DNA of 64,000 nucleotides from Leptogorgia sarmentosa (Eukaryota): NCBI GenBank assembly GCA_964658305.1, contig OZ210884.1, positions 5,394,001 to 5,458,000 of the forward strand, read 5' to 3'. Shown piece by piece: positions 51,755 to 63,025 of this stretch (position 1 is its first letter; each line of letters starts with the position of its first letter). The notes under the pieces were generated by a model. It saw only the letters and a program-made list of their open reading frames with translations, ran no database searches and was not told where the DNA came from. The position numbers and the translations under genes were made by a program.

Positions 51755-52873
51755 ATGGAAAGTACGTTTGACAAAAGATGTCAGTCCATTGGAGCTCCAT
51801 CAGAATTATCATTTCTGACCGCCAGTGTATCCATTTTGTTTATGCTGGTAAATATTCCTGGAAATATCCTTGTAATCCTGGCTGTTGTCTTGGATCCAAA
51901 CAAAAACCTTCGCAGTCCTTTCAACTGGTTGGTGGTAAATTTGGCTGCAGCAGATTTAATGGTTGGCCTTATAGCGGAGCCCTTCTCTGTCCATTACCTT
52001 ATCAAAGAAGGCCTGGGGCACAGCGGACATTCTGAAGAACTCATGATAATGCACATGATTTACTTTGCATCATGTACGGCTTCAGTTCTTAGTCTTACAA
52101 GTTTGGCAGTTGAACGATATTTGGCTGTACGAAAACCAAACACATATCGTACTAAAGTTACTAACAAAAGAATCGTGGTAACCATAGCAATAATTTGGAT
52201 GATATCGCTGAGTTTACCAAACATTTATCTCAAAGTTGGGTTCACCACTTACGGCTTTATATTTGCTAACACTTCGTTCGCAGTGGCTGTTTTAATCATC
52301 AGCGCAACATATACTTTAATGAAGAGAAGGATTGGCGCTGAAACAAGATCCAGAAATGCTAGAAAAATCGCTTCAGCAACTACTTCGGCAGAATTAACTG
52401 AGGAACCTGCGAAAAGCGAACATTTATCTTGTGGCAATACAAAGATAAAATCCCAAAATGTTCCCTCTCACAGTAAACTACCTGCACCAACTGCCTCAAT
52501 AACCACAGCAGAAGGAAATAACTTGCATGGGCAAACTGAAAACAATAGCCGGCTCACAAGTCTTAACCCAAATTTTTCAAATGCCATCGAAAAGAGACAA
52601 CAATTGTTGGAAGACAAGATTACTCAAACGTTTCTCATCGTTCTTATAGCTCTTCTGTGTTGCTATGGACCTTCAACTGTTATGATGTACTTAGTAAATT
52701 TCTGCGAACATTGCAGTTGTATTACCCTGCACTGGTTTCGAGATTTCCATATATTGTTCACTTTAATGAACTCCAGCGTCAACTTTTTCTGTTACTCTTC
52801 AAGATGTAGTAGATTTAGAAGCGCGTTTGTCAAGTTGTTAAAAACAAGTCGAAGAGTCGAGTGTAGTGGATAG
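51755..52873 (+). CDS. Class A orphan GPCR, paralog 3
   Basis: ATG (MESTFDKRC) at 51755; same motifs; ends RRVECSG*. Confidence 0.93.
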   Translation: MESTFDKRCQSIGAPSELSFLTASVSILFMLVNIPGNILVILAVVLDPNKNLRSPFNWLVVNLAAADLMVGLIAEPFSVHYLIKEGLGHSGHSEELMIMHMIYFASCTASVLSLTSLAVERYLAVRKPNTYRTKVTNKRIVVTIAIIWMISLSLPNIYLKVGFTTYGFIFANTSFAVAVLIISATYTLMKRRIGAETRSRNARKIASATTSAELTEEPAKSEHLSCGNTKIKSQNVPSHSKLPAPTASITTAEGNNLHGQTENNSRLTSLNPNFSNAIEKRQQLLEDKITQTFLIVLIALLCCYGPSTVMMYLVNFCEHCSCITLHWFRDFHILFTLMNSSVNFFCYSSRCSRFRSAFVKLLKTSRRVECSG

Positions 52874-52969
52874 CACTACAAATTTTAAGGAACTAAATTC
52901 CGAAAACATGATGCATGACCATCAATATATTCAATACATGAATATATTGATTATCAATACTGGTTTAAC

Positions 52970-53108
52970 CAGTACCGTTTCACAATTTCCACGTCTTGTT
53001 CGCCATGTTGAGCTCCATGCAGTGTCAACTTTTTCTGCTACTCTTTATGATGTCGCAGATTTAGGAGCGCGTTTGTGAAATTATTGAAAAACAATCGAAG
53101 CGTGTAGC
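52970..53108 (+). pseudogene. Relic 3' fragment (TM7-helix 8) of a further GPCR paralog
   Basis: ...gtcaactttttctgctactctttaTGAtgtcgcagatttaggagcgcgtttgtgaaattattgaaaaacaatcgaagcgtgtag aligns to the paralog ends (VNFFCYSL*CRRFRSAFVKLLKNNRSV*) and has an in-frame stop. Confidence 0.8.
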
Positions 53109-53138
53109 AGTAGCACTACAGTCTCCAGTGTAGGTAGG

Positions 53139-53385
53139 GGATAACAACATCAACAGGCAGCAAACGTCCTACTCACTTTCTAAACGATACATAAGATTCG
53201 AAGTTCGGAGCTAAGGCCCTTCTTCGTAAATTACTACATGTTAATACTGTTCCTGACGAAATGCCTTTGCTCTAAACGTTGAATCTCTACTTATTCCGAA
53301 CAGAGAAGAAACTTTTCTCTAAATTTCGAATCATATTGAGTTTTTGCATCGTTTGTATAGTGAGTAGAACTTTTACTGTTTGTCA
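53139..53385. repeat. Palindromic dispersed repeat with Penelope-associated hammerhead-like motif; other copies ~1958-2136, 49860-50005, 58203-58337, 61437-61545
   Basis: Shared arms GCAAAAGTTCTACTCAC...AAACGATAC...GATTCGACGTTTCGAGC and their reverse complement; all copies degenerate. Confidence 0.6.
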
Positions 53386-53529
53386 GTAGGACAACATGTA
53401 TTTTTGCTTGTCGCTTGAGCTTCACCAACAAGACAAGAACAAACGTCTTTTCTTACTAAATAATAAATGTATATCAATAAAAATAAATAATATCAATAGT
53501 TCTTTTCTGGTTAAATAAAATTATTCTAA

Positions 53530-53744
53530 GACCCCGTTTACACCCCGTTTACACGGTACCGGATCCACTTGGTCACGACATCAAATTTAATAGTTTCAAG
53601 ACAAGTGTCGCTCTTAAATCGATGGTAATATTACAGAATTTAATAACAACTAAACATAGAAAAAGTGGTAGGAGTGAAAATAACCTAAAACTCATAGAAA
53701 TAATTGTCGTGACTACGCGAATCCGGAACCGTGTAAACGGGGTC
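53530..53744. mobile_element. PIF/Harbinger-type MITE
   Basis: TIR GACCCCGTTTACAC...GTGTAAACGGGGTC, TAA on both flanks; the left TIR has a small internal duplication. Confidence 0.85.
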
Positions 53745-54177
53745 TAATTATTCTAGAAAATTAATTCTTCGAAAGCTTGCATGTTGAAAATAATATTATT
53801 TTGACGTTTGTAGTTTACACCACGTAATTTTATCGAATAAACTCATTCTAATTATAATGTCCTGTATCGTGTCAATCCTACACGCACGTCGCTACTTCGT
53901 TACATATGACAGTCTCAAAATGGAGAATGCATAGTTAATTTTTCACAAGCTGATTTCACTATTAATATCATCGTTGTCAATTTCCTGGGCGCTGATTGGC
54001 TAAAAAGCTTCAACAACTGTGCAAATTAAACATTAATTGCACGGTGTCGAGCCCGCGATACATTATAAAAACAAATAAATAAACGCTTATCAACGCTAAA
54101 ATTCTTGTTTTTTTTGTCATTTATTGTCAACTTTGGACAAAAAAGGTTAGTGAACGTGTACTACAATGATATTAATA

Positions 54178-54282
54178 CGAAATTACACTTGTTCTCGAAG
54201 TATTAATGAAAAATTGCTCTTGTGTTTGGCGAAATAACGCGTGCAATTTTTCATTAATACTTCTCGAACCGTGTAATTTCCT
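54178..54282. repeat. Palindrome (centre of a MITE-like element)
   Basis: GAAATTACAC...GAAGTATTAATGAAAAATTGC / GCAATTTTTCATTAATACTTC...GTGTAATTTC. Confidence 0.65.
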
Positions 54283-55990
54283 ATACAAAAAATCGTGCGT
54301 TCGCTTCGCTCACTCGAGAGAAGCTCAAGACTTGCATCAAGAAGAGAGAAGAGAGTTGGTCAACACTCGAAATAAATTTGATATTTCCGCACATACATGT
54401 ATTATTCTCTATTTGATACACCATGGTAACTCGCGCGTGACACACGAAAAATCCACGAAGTTAAAAAACAATTATGGCGGGAGCCAAAGAGCCGAATGGA
54501 CGAAGAAATTGAAACCAACGAAAACTGCCCCCGCGGAACGTTTGAAAGATCGTTTACAGAATCGAATTGTTTATGGAAATGTTATAAAATATCATGAGTC
54601 AAAATATTTAATAAAATACGTACGTGCAGGTTCATTATGCTTGATATTTTAGTTTTTAGGTATAATATATCATTTATAGACCCTACGATGGGTGTTCTCG
54701 GAAATATCTCCTGAACGGATGGAAATATCATCACTGATATGATCACCCCTCGGCTTCGATCTATAAACCATATTATTATAGCAAATCAATACCACGCATG
54801 CGCTGTTAGTGCTAGTAACCGTAAGCAGGAGCGATGTGTTGACAGTATATGAACAGATGCATGCAAAAATCTGGTCGAAAAAAGATGCGAGTATATGTGT
54901 GATGTACCATCCCACGTATACGAGAGCCCTATTTGGGTCGCTTCCATAGGGAGCGGTACCAAATTCTCCAGTAATTTACTAATTTTTATGGTCCGCAAGG
55001 ACTCACTACTTATCAACAAGAAACTTTAATATTGTACTTCACAAAACACACTTCTTAACATGCAGAGAGTAAACAAAACGGGAGTAGAAGATTTCTTGTG
55101 CAAAACATTCCACCTAAAATGACAAATTTTGATATATTCCCGTTCCGTCAAGCAGTGAGTCTTTGATATGTGTTCGAGATATGCAATAGACAAACAATAA
55201 ACAATGCTTCAGCCTTGTGTGAGAAGAGTGGTGAGCACTTGTGTAAGTCGGCCGCTTATCAACTCTTGCTCATGTGAAGTCCACCTCGGCAGGCACTCCA
55301 TGCAGGCGGAGTGAACGCCTGAGCAGGCGTCTTGTTAAATTGTTATTATTAATTCCGTACGCTTATTAAAGTAATGCCTACGGTTTTTATCACACTGAGT
55401 CACTGACATCTCACAAAGTACATACCAACCTCCAATAAGCTACATATAGCTCTCGTCGAATGCAGTTCACTTCAAACAATGGATGATGACAATACTTGAA
55501 ATGCATTTGACGCGACCAAAATTCGACTTTAGTTTTCAAAACTGACCCGGCGAGCTATCGCAGGGGATATTGTAAGTAATAAGTATTACACTTAAAAATG
55601 CAAGATTGATGCATGTTTTGATTATTTTTCACTATGTTGGCGGCATCGAGCATAGCCAGCCAAGATTGCGTAAATTTACCAGAATGCATTGCGCTCCAAA
55701 ATAGGCTGAAAAGGAAGTGAAAGTCTTTTAAAAGTCCTACATAATATTATGGCAGGAGATTTACTTATTTATTTATTTGGCTAAAGTTTCCTAAGTGCAT
55801 GATTTCGTGTCATTATTATATTCAGCTATTCCGTCTTCATTCTTTCAGTGCTTTCTTTTAAAATCTTTTTATTGTGGCGAATTAAAGTACTATAAAGTAT
55901 TAAATTATTTTACTACATTGCAACAATGTTCAAATGACAATTTGAGTAATACGTAAATATGTTCAAACTTGATTTTCTGATAGGCAAGGT

Positions 55991-57407
55991 TCAATTTACG
56001 TATCCAAATGAGTAGTCGACGGGTTTTTCACCACAAGCAGAGCGGAAGAAATTGAGCTCGTTGATAATGCCTTCGTTAAAAATAGCTTGGCTAGCTTGTC
56101 TATCTTGTTGAGAGAAAAACTTGTTGACGAACGTCTGAGCACTTGATGAACCATCTCCAAGATTGTCATCAACCCATGAACGATAAACATTCGTTTTAGA
56201 GACTTGACTATTGATGTGAGCAGCCACCCATGGCCACAGCATATCACACGGAAGAATACCAATCGCAAGAAATTTGCTTGAGGTCTCAGCAAGCTTCATT
56301 TCATAAGCAACATACGTCGCAGCTGCCGGACCCATGATCACACTTTTTGTACTTTGTAGTTTCCATTTGGATGCGAAATAGCTGCTGTAGCTCGTAAAAC
56401 TTGCAGAACGACCTCGGTAGAACAACGCGAAGTCGGGTGGTGATTTTCCTTGCATGTTTACCGCAGCAATATCAAAAGCCTTGATTGCGTCATAGATGTA
56501 TGCTGCATCTTGGACCATGTAACCACCATATTCTTCCGGGGACAGAGTGTTGTTAATCATCTTCTTAAAAAACAGAGTCTCTAAAACAGCTTGGCGCACT
56601 TTGACGCTAAATTGGTCTTCAAACAAAGATTGAGAAAAAGTTCTTCGTAAAGATCTTTTCTGATTGCCTTTCATAAAACCCGGTACATCACGACGCAGAC
56701 GTGGCAAAGAATGGTCTTGATTTTCTATCAATTAATAAAATAAAATAAATGACATAGTTAGATGGTTTTTTCTGAAAAGGAATTGGAATTTCAGTTGACG
56801 GGCAAGTAGGACGAAAATCGATCCATTGGGGACATTTTAAGATTTAGAGACATTTTAAGTCTTAGATAGATGTGTTAACGTCATTTTATCTTGCTACAAG
56901 CACTTGAATACTGAGAAAAATCGTGTGCAAGTTGTTCAATTGCCCGTCATTTGGGCAAAAAGTCATGTGATTGCAAACAAGCAATAATGCAGACATATAA
57001 TAAAGACAAATTAACTTGATTAATTTAATTCAGTTAGGGTTTTTTACTTCAATCAGAAGTTCCTACATAGTTGTTAAAACTTTGAATTGAAAATATGCAT
57101 TTCTTGCGAAAGTTCAAAATTTAGTGCTCAAATTTCACACATAGTTAGCGACAGTCATTCATTCACTATAACAGCTACGAAAAATTTAGCTCACATGTTG
57201 CTTCTATGAAACAAAGTCTTTCTAATTAATTTATTTTGGCACTCAAAAATGGCGGATTTAAGTCCTGGCCGCATAGCGTGGAAAAGGGTAATTGGACTAA
57301 CCTTCTGTTTCTGATTTTTCGCTTTGAGAGTTACGCAAACTGAAACTAGAAACATTGTAGAGGAAGACAATCGCCAGGAGTAGTATTGTCAGCTGTGACT
57401 GGTTCAT
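55991..57407 (-). CDS. Secreted prepro-TenA/THI-4/PqqC-family protein (thiaminase II-like)
   Basis: Exon 1 57407-57302 reads MNQSQLTILLLAIVFLYNVSSFSLRNSQSEKSETE (donor G|GTTAGT, phase 1). Exon 2 56724-55991 follows (acceptor ttgatag|AA, phase 1). TenA motifs: YMVQDAAY, ILPCDMLW, YRSWVDDN, ELNFF. Confidence 0.85.
56784..56986 (+). mobile_element. Second copy of the 24904-25134 MITE, inside the TenA intron
   Basis: GGAATTTCAGTTGACGGGCAAGTAGG...GATTGCAAACAAGCAATA matches 24931-25134. Confidence 0.75.
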
Positions 57408-59359
57408 CGTCGAAACAGTTGATCTGAAATTAAAAAATGAAATAAAAAATACGGCTCAGCTCACTATCAAACGATACCGGAAAACTTCGACGTTTCAAGG
57501 AAAGACACTTTGTCAGGAATTATTAGTTATTGTATAGCTACCCGCCACCTACAATGGTCACATATTTTCGGTGTGAGGTGATAATCACATGCACCGAGAT
57601 AGTAAGACCGAATAGTCGAAACAAGCCAAAACTCGGATTTTTTAGTACCAAAACCAGATTTTTGTCTTTTATGGAACTTGATCGATGTTCCATAAAATGA
57701 TTTAGACTGTGCGTTAATTATACCGAAAAAAATACGTCATTAAACGTCTTATATCTAGGTCTACTAGGAATTCTATACTATTTCTTGAAATTGACACTAC
57801 CAGGAACTTTATCGTCAATTAAAACACGTATGTGTATTGAAGGTGGCATGACGGAGTGGAGATTAACAAATATACAGATTAACATCGCTAAATTGATAAA
57901 ATAATTATAAATAACGTCAAATAATTATATTTCTGCGGTCATTCCATGACAATCCAAATGTAACGTTAAACACTGTGCTTTCGTGTATCGTTTTCCCCGC
58001 TATTTTCTGTCCTGTGTTTATATGTTATCCAAGTGTTTATACTTCTATCAAATGTTTGTTAATACTGATTTACATGAATAGAAATGCCATCATCATGTTG
58101 ACTTGAGGAGATAGATTCATTATATAGGAATCACTTAGATCACAATCTTGGCACCAATCCAATTACGGTAAATATATCTGCTATAGACGTTTGAGCAGAG
58201 GCAAACATCAAAAAGTAGCAAAAGTTCTACACACTAGCTGTTAAACGATACAATTGGATTCGACGTTTCGAATCACAATAACCCATAAAAAGAGGTCTTT
58301 GAGTAGAACCTTTGCTGCTTTTTGATGTTGTTATCCACTACACATGCACACTCGCAATTCATATATTGCAGCTACTTAACTCAAAGATGTATTCAAATGA
58401 ATAATTATAACCAAGTGATAAAGATTCTCAGATTCATAGTTTCATACCTTACTAGTGTTGTTTGTTCAAAAATTTGCCGCCAAGTTGTCAAACTGACCAG
58501 TCCGTTACAGCAAGTAAATCGTATTCGTACAAGGGAGCGCGTTGCGAGATCGTGAAAGCGATTGTTGTTGTTTGGCAATGCGGTGTCAGGTTTCCAAAAA
58601 TTAATACACTTTCCAGGTATGCAAAGTTCAAACGTGCGTTGACACACGGACCATTTATTGCTATAACTGAAATCGCTCGAAGCCTCGAATGACTATTAAG
58701 AAGACAGAGTTTGTGGTTTCGTGTGTTATTTTAAGTTCATTTATTGAGGCAATAAGGTGTGCAATACTGAATTAACGTAGCTAGGAAACGGTAGAATGAT
58801 TTATATTAAAAGATGCAAAAGCATGTATAACTGAATTGCGCTATAAGCTAGCAATCTGTCAGTCCAATATTAAATATGTGTTTAGAAATACATCCTTTCG
58901 ATAATTACGTCTTTTGGCGTATACCCTTTTTTTATCAATCGTCAGCTAATAGCTTTGCAGCACCTCTGTAAAAGCGACGGTTACACAAGCCTAAAAAGTG
59001 CTCGAAATTATCAAAAAAGCTGATCTCATTTTCTCGATAATATGATAATAATTTCTCACAAATGCATTTGGAGCTGCTGATACACAAATCTCAATTTATT
59101 AACATACCGGAGATAAAGTTATACGCGCAGATATTTTGCCACCTGGTATCATATATTTTAGCAAAAATAAGTTATATAGTTATTGCTACCGATTCACTTC
59201 TGATATGAATCTTGACAGATGCCTTATGACTTTGACTAATGAAACGAAAACGTTAACTAAGATTTTCAGTTGTCTTGTTACTATTCATGTATTAAAAGTA
59301 TATTGATGGTCATCTTGCGGATGACATGTTTTCGGAATTTAGTTCCTTAATTTGTAGTG

Positions 59360-60487
59360 CTATCCACTACACTCAAATCTTCGACTTGTTTTTAACAACT
59401 TGACAAACGCGCTTCTAAATCTACTACATCTTGAAGAGTAACAGAAAAAGTTGACGCTGGAGTTCATTAAAGTGAACAATACATGGAAATCTCGAAACCA
59501 GTGCAGGGTAATACAACTGCAATGTTCGCAGAAATTTACTAAGTACATCATAACAGTTGAGGGTCCATAGCAACACAGCAGAGCTATAACAACGATAAGA
59601 AACATTTCAGTAACCTTGGCCTCCAAAAGATGTTTTTTTTTCTGAATAGCATTTGAGAAACACATGTTTGTGTCAAGAGCTGTGAGCTGAACTTTGGCTT
59701 GTGTTTGCAACGTATTTTCTTTTGTTGTGGTTCTTGATCTAATTCGTTCACTTTGTGTATTGGGAGTACAACCATTTTGAGATTCTGTCTTTGAGTCGCC
59801 AACAGATGAATCTTGATATTTCGAAGGTTCGTTGGTCAATCCTGCCGAAGTTCTTGAGGCAACATGAATCATTCCAGCATTTTTGAATCTTGTTTTTCCG
59901 GCAATCTTTCTCCTTATTAAAGTATAAGTTGCGCTGATGATTAAAACAGCCACTGCGAAGGAAGTGTTAGCAAATATGAAGCCATAAGTGGTAAACCCAA
60001 CATCAAGATAAATGTTTGGTAAACTCAACGATATCACCCAAATTATTGCTATGGTTACCACGATTCTTTTGTTAGTAACTTTAGTACGATATGTGTTTGC
60101 TTTTCGTACAGCCAAATATCGCTCAACTGCCAGACTTGTAAGACTAAGAACTGAAGCCGTACATGATGCAAAGTAAACCATGTGGATTATCATGACTTCT
60201 TGTGAAAGTCCACTGTGCCCCAGGCCTTCTTTGATGTGATAATAAACCGAGAAGGGCTCCGTGATAATGCCAACAATTAAATCTGCTACAGCCAAATTTA
60301 CCACCAACCAGTTGAAAGGAGTTCGTAAGTTTTTGTTTGGATCCAAAAGAACGGCCAGGATTACAAGGATATTTCCAGGAATATTGACCAACATGAACAC
60401 AGTCGACAGAGTCGCTGTGATGAATGACAACTCGGTAGGAGACTGAGTGGTGAGACACCTTTTCTCAAAAGTACTTTCAAAAACCAT
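59360..60487 (-). CDS. Class A orphan GPCR, paralog 4 (inverted)
   Basis: ATG (MVFESTFEKRC) at 60487, after a ttcttgcag acceptor; same motifs; ends RRFECSG*. Confidence 0.93.
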   Translation of the reverse strand: MVFESTFEKRCLTTQSPTELSFITATLSTVFMLVNIPGNILVILAVLLDPNKNLRTPFNWLVVNLAVADLIVGIITEPFSVYYHIKEGLGHSGLSQEVMIIHMVYFASCTASVLSLTSLAVERYLAVRKANTYRTKVTNKRIVVTIAIIWVISLSLPNIYLDVGFTTYGFIFANTSFAVAVLIISATYTLIRRKIAGKTRFKNAGMIHVASRTSAGLTNEPSKYQDSSVGDSKTESQNGCTPNTQSERIRSRTTTKENTLQTQAKVQLTALDTNMCFSNAIQKKKHLLEAKVTEMFLIVVIALLCCYGPSTVMMYLVNFCEHCSCITLHWFRDFHVLFTLMNSSVNFFCYSSRCSRFRSAFVKLLKTSRRFECSG

Positions 60488-63025
60488 TTTAAATGCAAAC
60501 CCTGCAAGAAAACCACGATTAGAACTTACTGGAAGAGAACAAGGCAATTACGGGAACCATGCACTGAGTATTTTAATAAAATACAGTAATTATGTTGTCG
60601 ATTTTCGAAGTTTCTCTTGTACTGTATTTTATTAAGCCCATTTATCGAGACAAAATCAGACGTGATTTACATGGAACACAAGCTTGAGTTTTTCAAGACG
60701 CTGCATCAGGGTGGCAAGAATAAGTTAGCCAAACCGGCATTAGCAGCTTCAAAAAAACAATGAAAACAAAAGGCAAACACAAAGAAAAACAAAGGGCATT
60801 TTTAAAAGTTGATAATTTATTCACGTTTTCTGGCAATCCTGCGTTGCATATCTTTAGAACGCAACGCGCGTTTCGATTGCAATAATAACAGGAAAGGCCT
60901 GTTTCAAGCTTTAATTGAACTATCCTGTATACCAGCAAGATCTAACTTTTTTTATAACTTTTAATAAAGCCATTAAAGATCGGTCGTATTTTAAAATTTG
61001 AACCACGATTTTTGAAGCTTTGGATAGATCTGTAACTCCTAGATATATTCAGTTCAATAACGTTAGTTGAGAATAGAATAAATCAACACCATGTGTGATG
61101 TGTGTACCTAAGCATATGCAATTACGTATTCTGTATACAGCTGCACTTCAATTATTAATATATTCTTGTTCTGCATTACTAATTTCTTTTATAATCTAGC
61201 TACTGTTTTCAACTTTCAAGGTATGAATATCCCCTTTCAGTATAGCCCCTGCCGATGAAAATTAGTGGGCCCTTTCAACTATCAATGATAGATCTATTGT
61301 CTCGTGAGTAGCGTGGCCTCTACCTGGTGCAACAGCCTCTGGCTTTGGTGAGAAAGAGCCTCGCATGCCATGAATAAGCTTTGGTATTACAATTGAAGTT
61401 GAATTTCTTCACAATATGTTGCCCGTGTTGATATTAGATAACAACATCAATTAACAAGAAGCAAAAATTCTACTGACTCACTATACTTACTAAACGGTAC
61501 AAACGGATTTCTTCCTTCATGGGGACCTTTGCTCGAAACGTCAAACTAATTGTATATAAGTTATATACATTGTGTTGTAAATAAAACTTTACTTTCATGT
61601 TGCTTGTTGATAAAATTCACTTACTTTTTAGCTCCCTACTTTTCTGACATCCACTCCCCTAACACACTTAGTAGTGAATTTGACACGAAGCAAGGGCGGA
61701 ACTGGACTAGTCGAAATTTTGAGTGCGTAACGCTCATGCAGTAAATGAAATGAATAATATTTACATCTACAATTATGTACATATCTCTGTAAACATGGAA
61801 ATACAAATAAAGTTCTAATTAAACAAACGTATTTTTAACATCTCCCATCTAGTTCATTTAATTCATTTTAAAAATATATTATTTTTTTTTGCAGTAACGA
61901 TAACCTTAATAATTGCACTGTAACTTTCGTTTCTATAACGAAAATTGTAGCTATTTTTCATTTATGTCATTAAAAAGGTTGAATAAAAAAATGATTATTA
62001 TTAACTGCAAACAATTGATGAAAAAACTATGTATGGCCATCACAGATGGCACACATCACATCGCGCTTCATAGATGCGCTTGCTCAAAATTAATCGTCGT
62101 AGAATAATAATTTTGAAATAAAAAAAATAGGAAACCATACAGATGCATTACCAAATAGGTAATTTTAGAGACCAACGTAGGTAATTGGAAATTTTCTTCA
62201 GTTTTTTAGATTTAATATCTTAATCCTACAAATTAAAATGACTAGGCTTAATTTGTTTGTCATAATGCAGGTGTCTCAACACAAAATTAAATAAAAGTGC
62301 AGCGCATGGCATTGAATAATAGCTAGTTTAAACACCCGACGCCAAGGGAGTCGTGCCGTTAAGCATGTCGACAGCCGTTCGTGTTTGAAATCATGAACAT
62401 GAAATTTCTCTGAGGATCCTTCTCTGGGGTTCCTCGTTATTATTTCTCTATCCACAGTGTGAATTTGGAGACGAAATATCCAAATTTCAGCATCAGATTC
62501 CTTTAATTTCAAAAGAGATATAACTCTAGCAAAGAGAGACAGAAGTATTTCACAATTTGTTGACATTCTGAGCTGTTTACGTAAAACGTATTTGTCAGAC
62601 GTTTCATTCTGCACTAGCTTGAGCATGGCTTCATATAGGTTGTGAAGTAATGACAAGGACGTAGCGCAGGTGTGGTTGCTAAGAGTTGGGGGGGGGGGGG
62701 GGGTAGTGATGTTCTTACCGGAAAATAGTACTACCATGGAAAATGACATTAAAATTATTCTTGCAGGCATTCCCCTTGTCTATTAATCACATGATAGTGC
62801 AGTAGGTATTCCCTTCTAGAGCAGAGGGGTAGAAAGACGGTAGCAGTCGTGGGCAGTTGAAGGTTGGCGCCGAGTGAAACCTTTTTGAGAATTTGATGTC
62901 TCTAGATCGTTGGAAATGGCATTTTCCGATATACATTAGTTTGGCGCGTTCCTCCACATTCAAAAATTATTGCACCCTACATGTTTCTTGTTTCATATAG
63001 TTGATCGTGTTTCTACCTTTCAAAT

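Noticed and set aside
52859..52873. C-terminal ECSG of GPCR paralogs 3 and 4 as a CaaX prenylation signal
   Set aside because: The Cys is third from the end, not fourth.
54206..54652. 148-aa ORF
   Set aside because: It runs through palindromic MITE-like repeats and has no protein-like motif.
62276..62770. 164-aa minus-strand ORF with a poly-Pro run
   Set aside because: The poly-Pro comes from a G homopolymer; no recognisable family.
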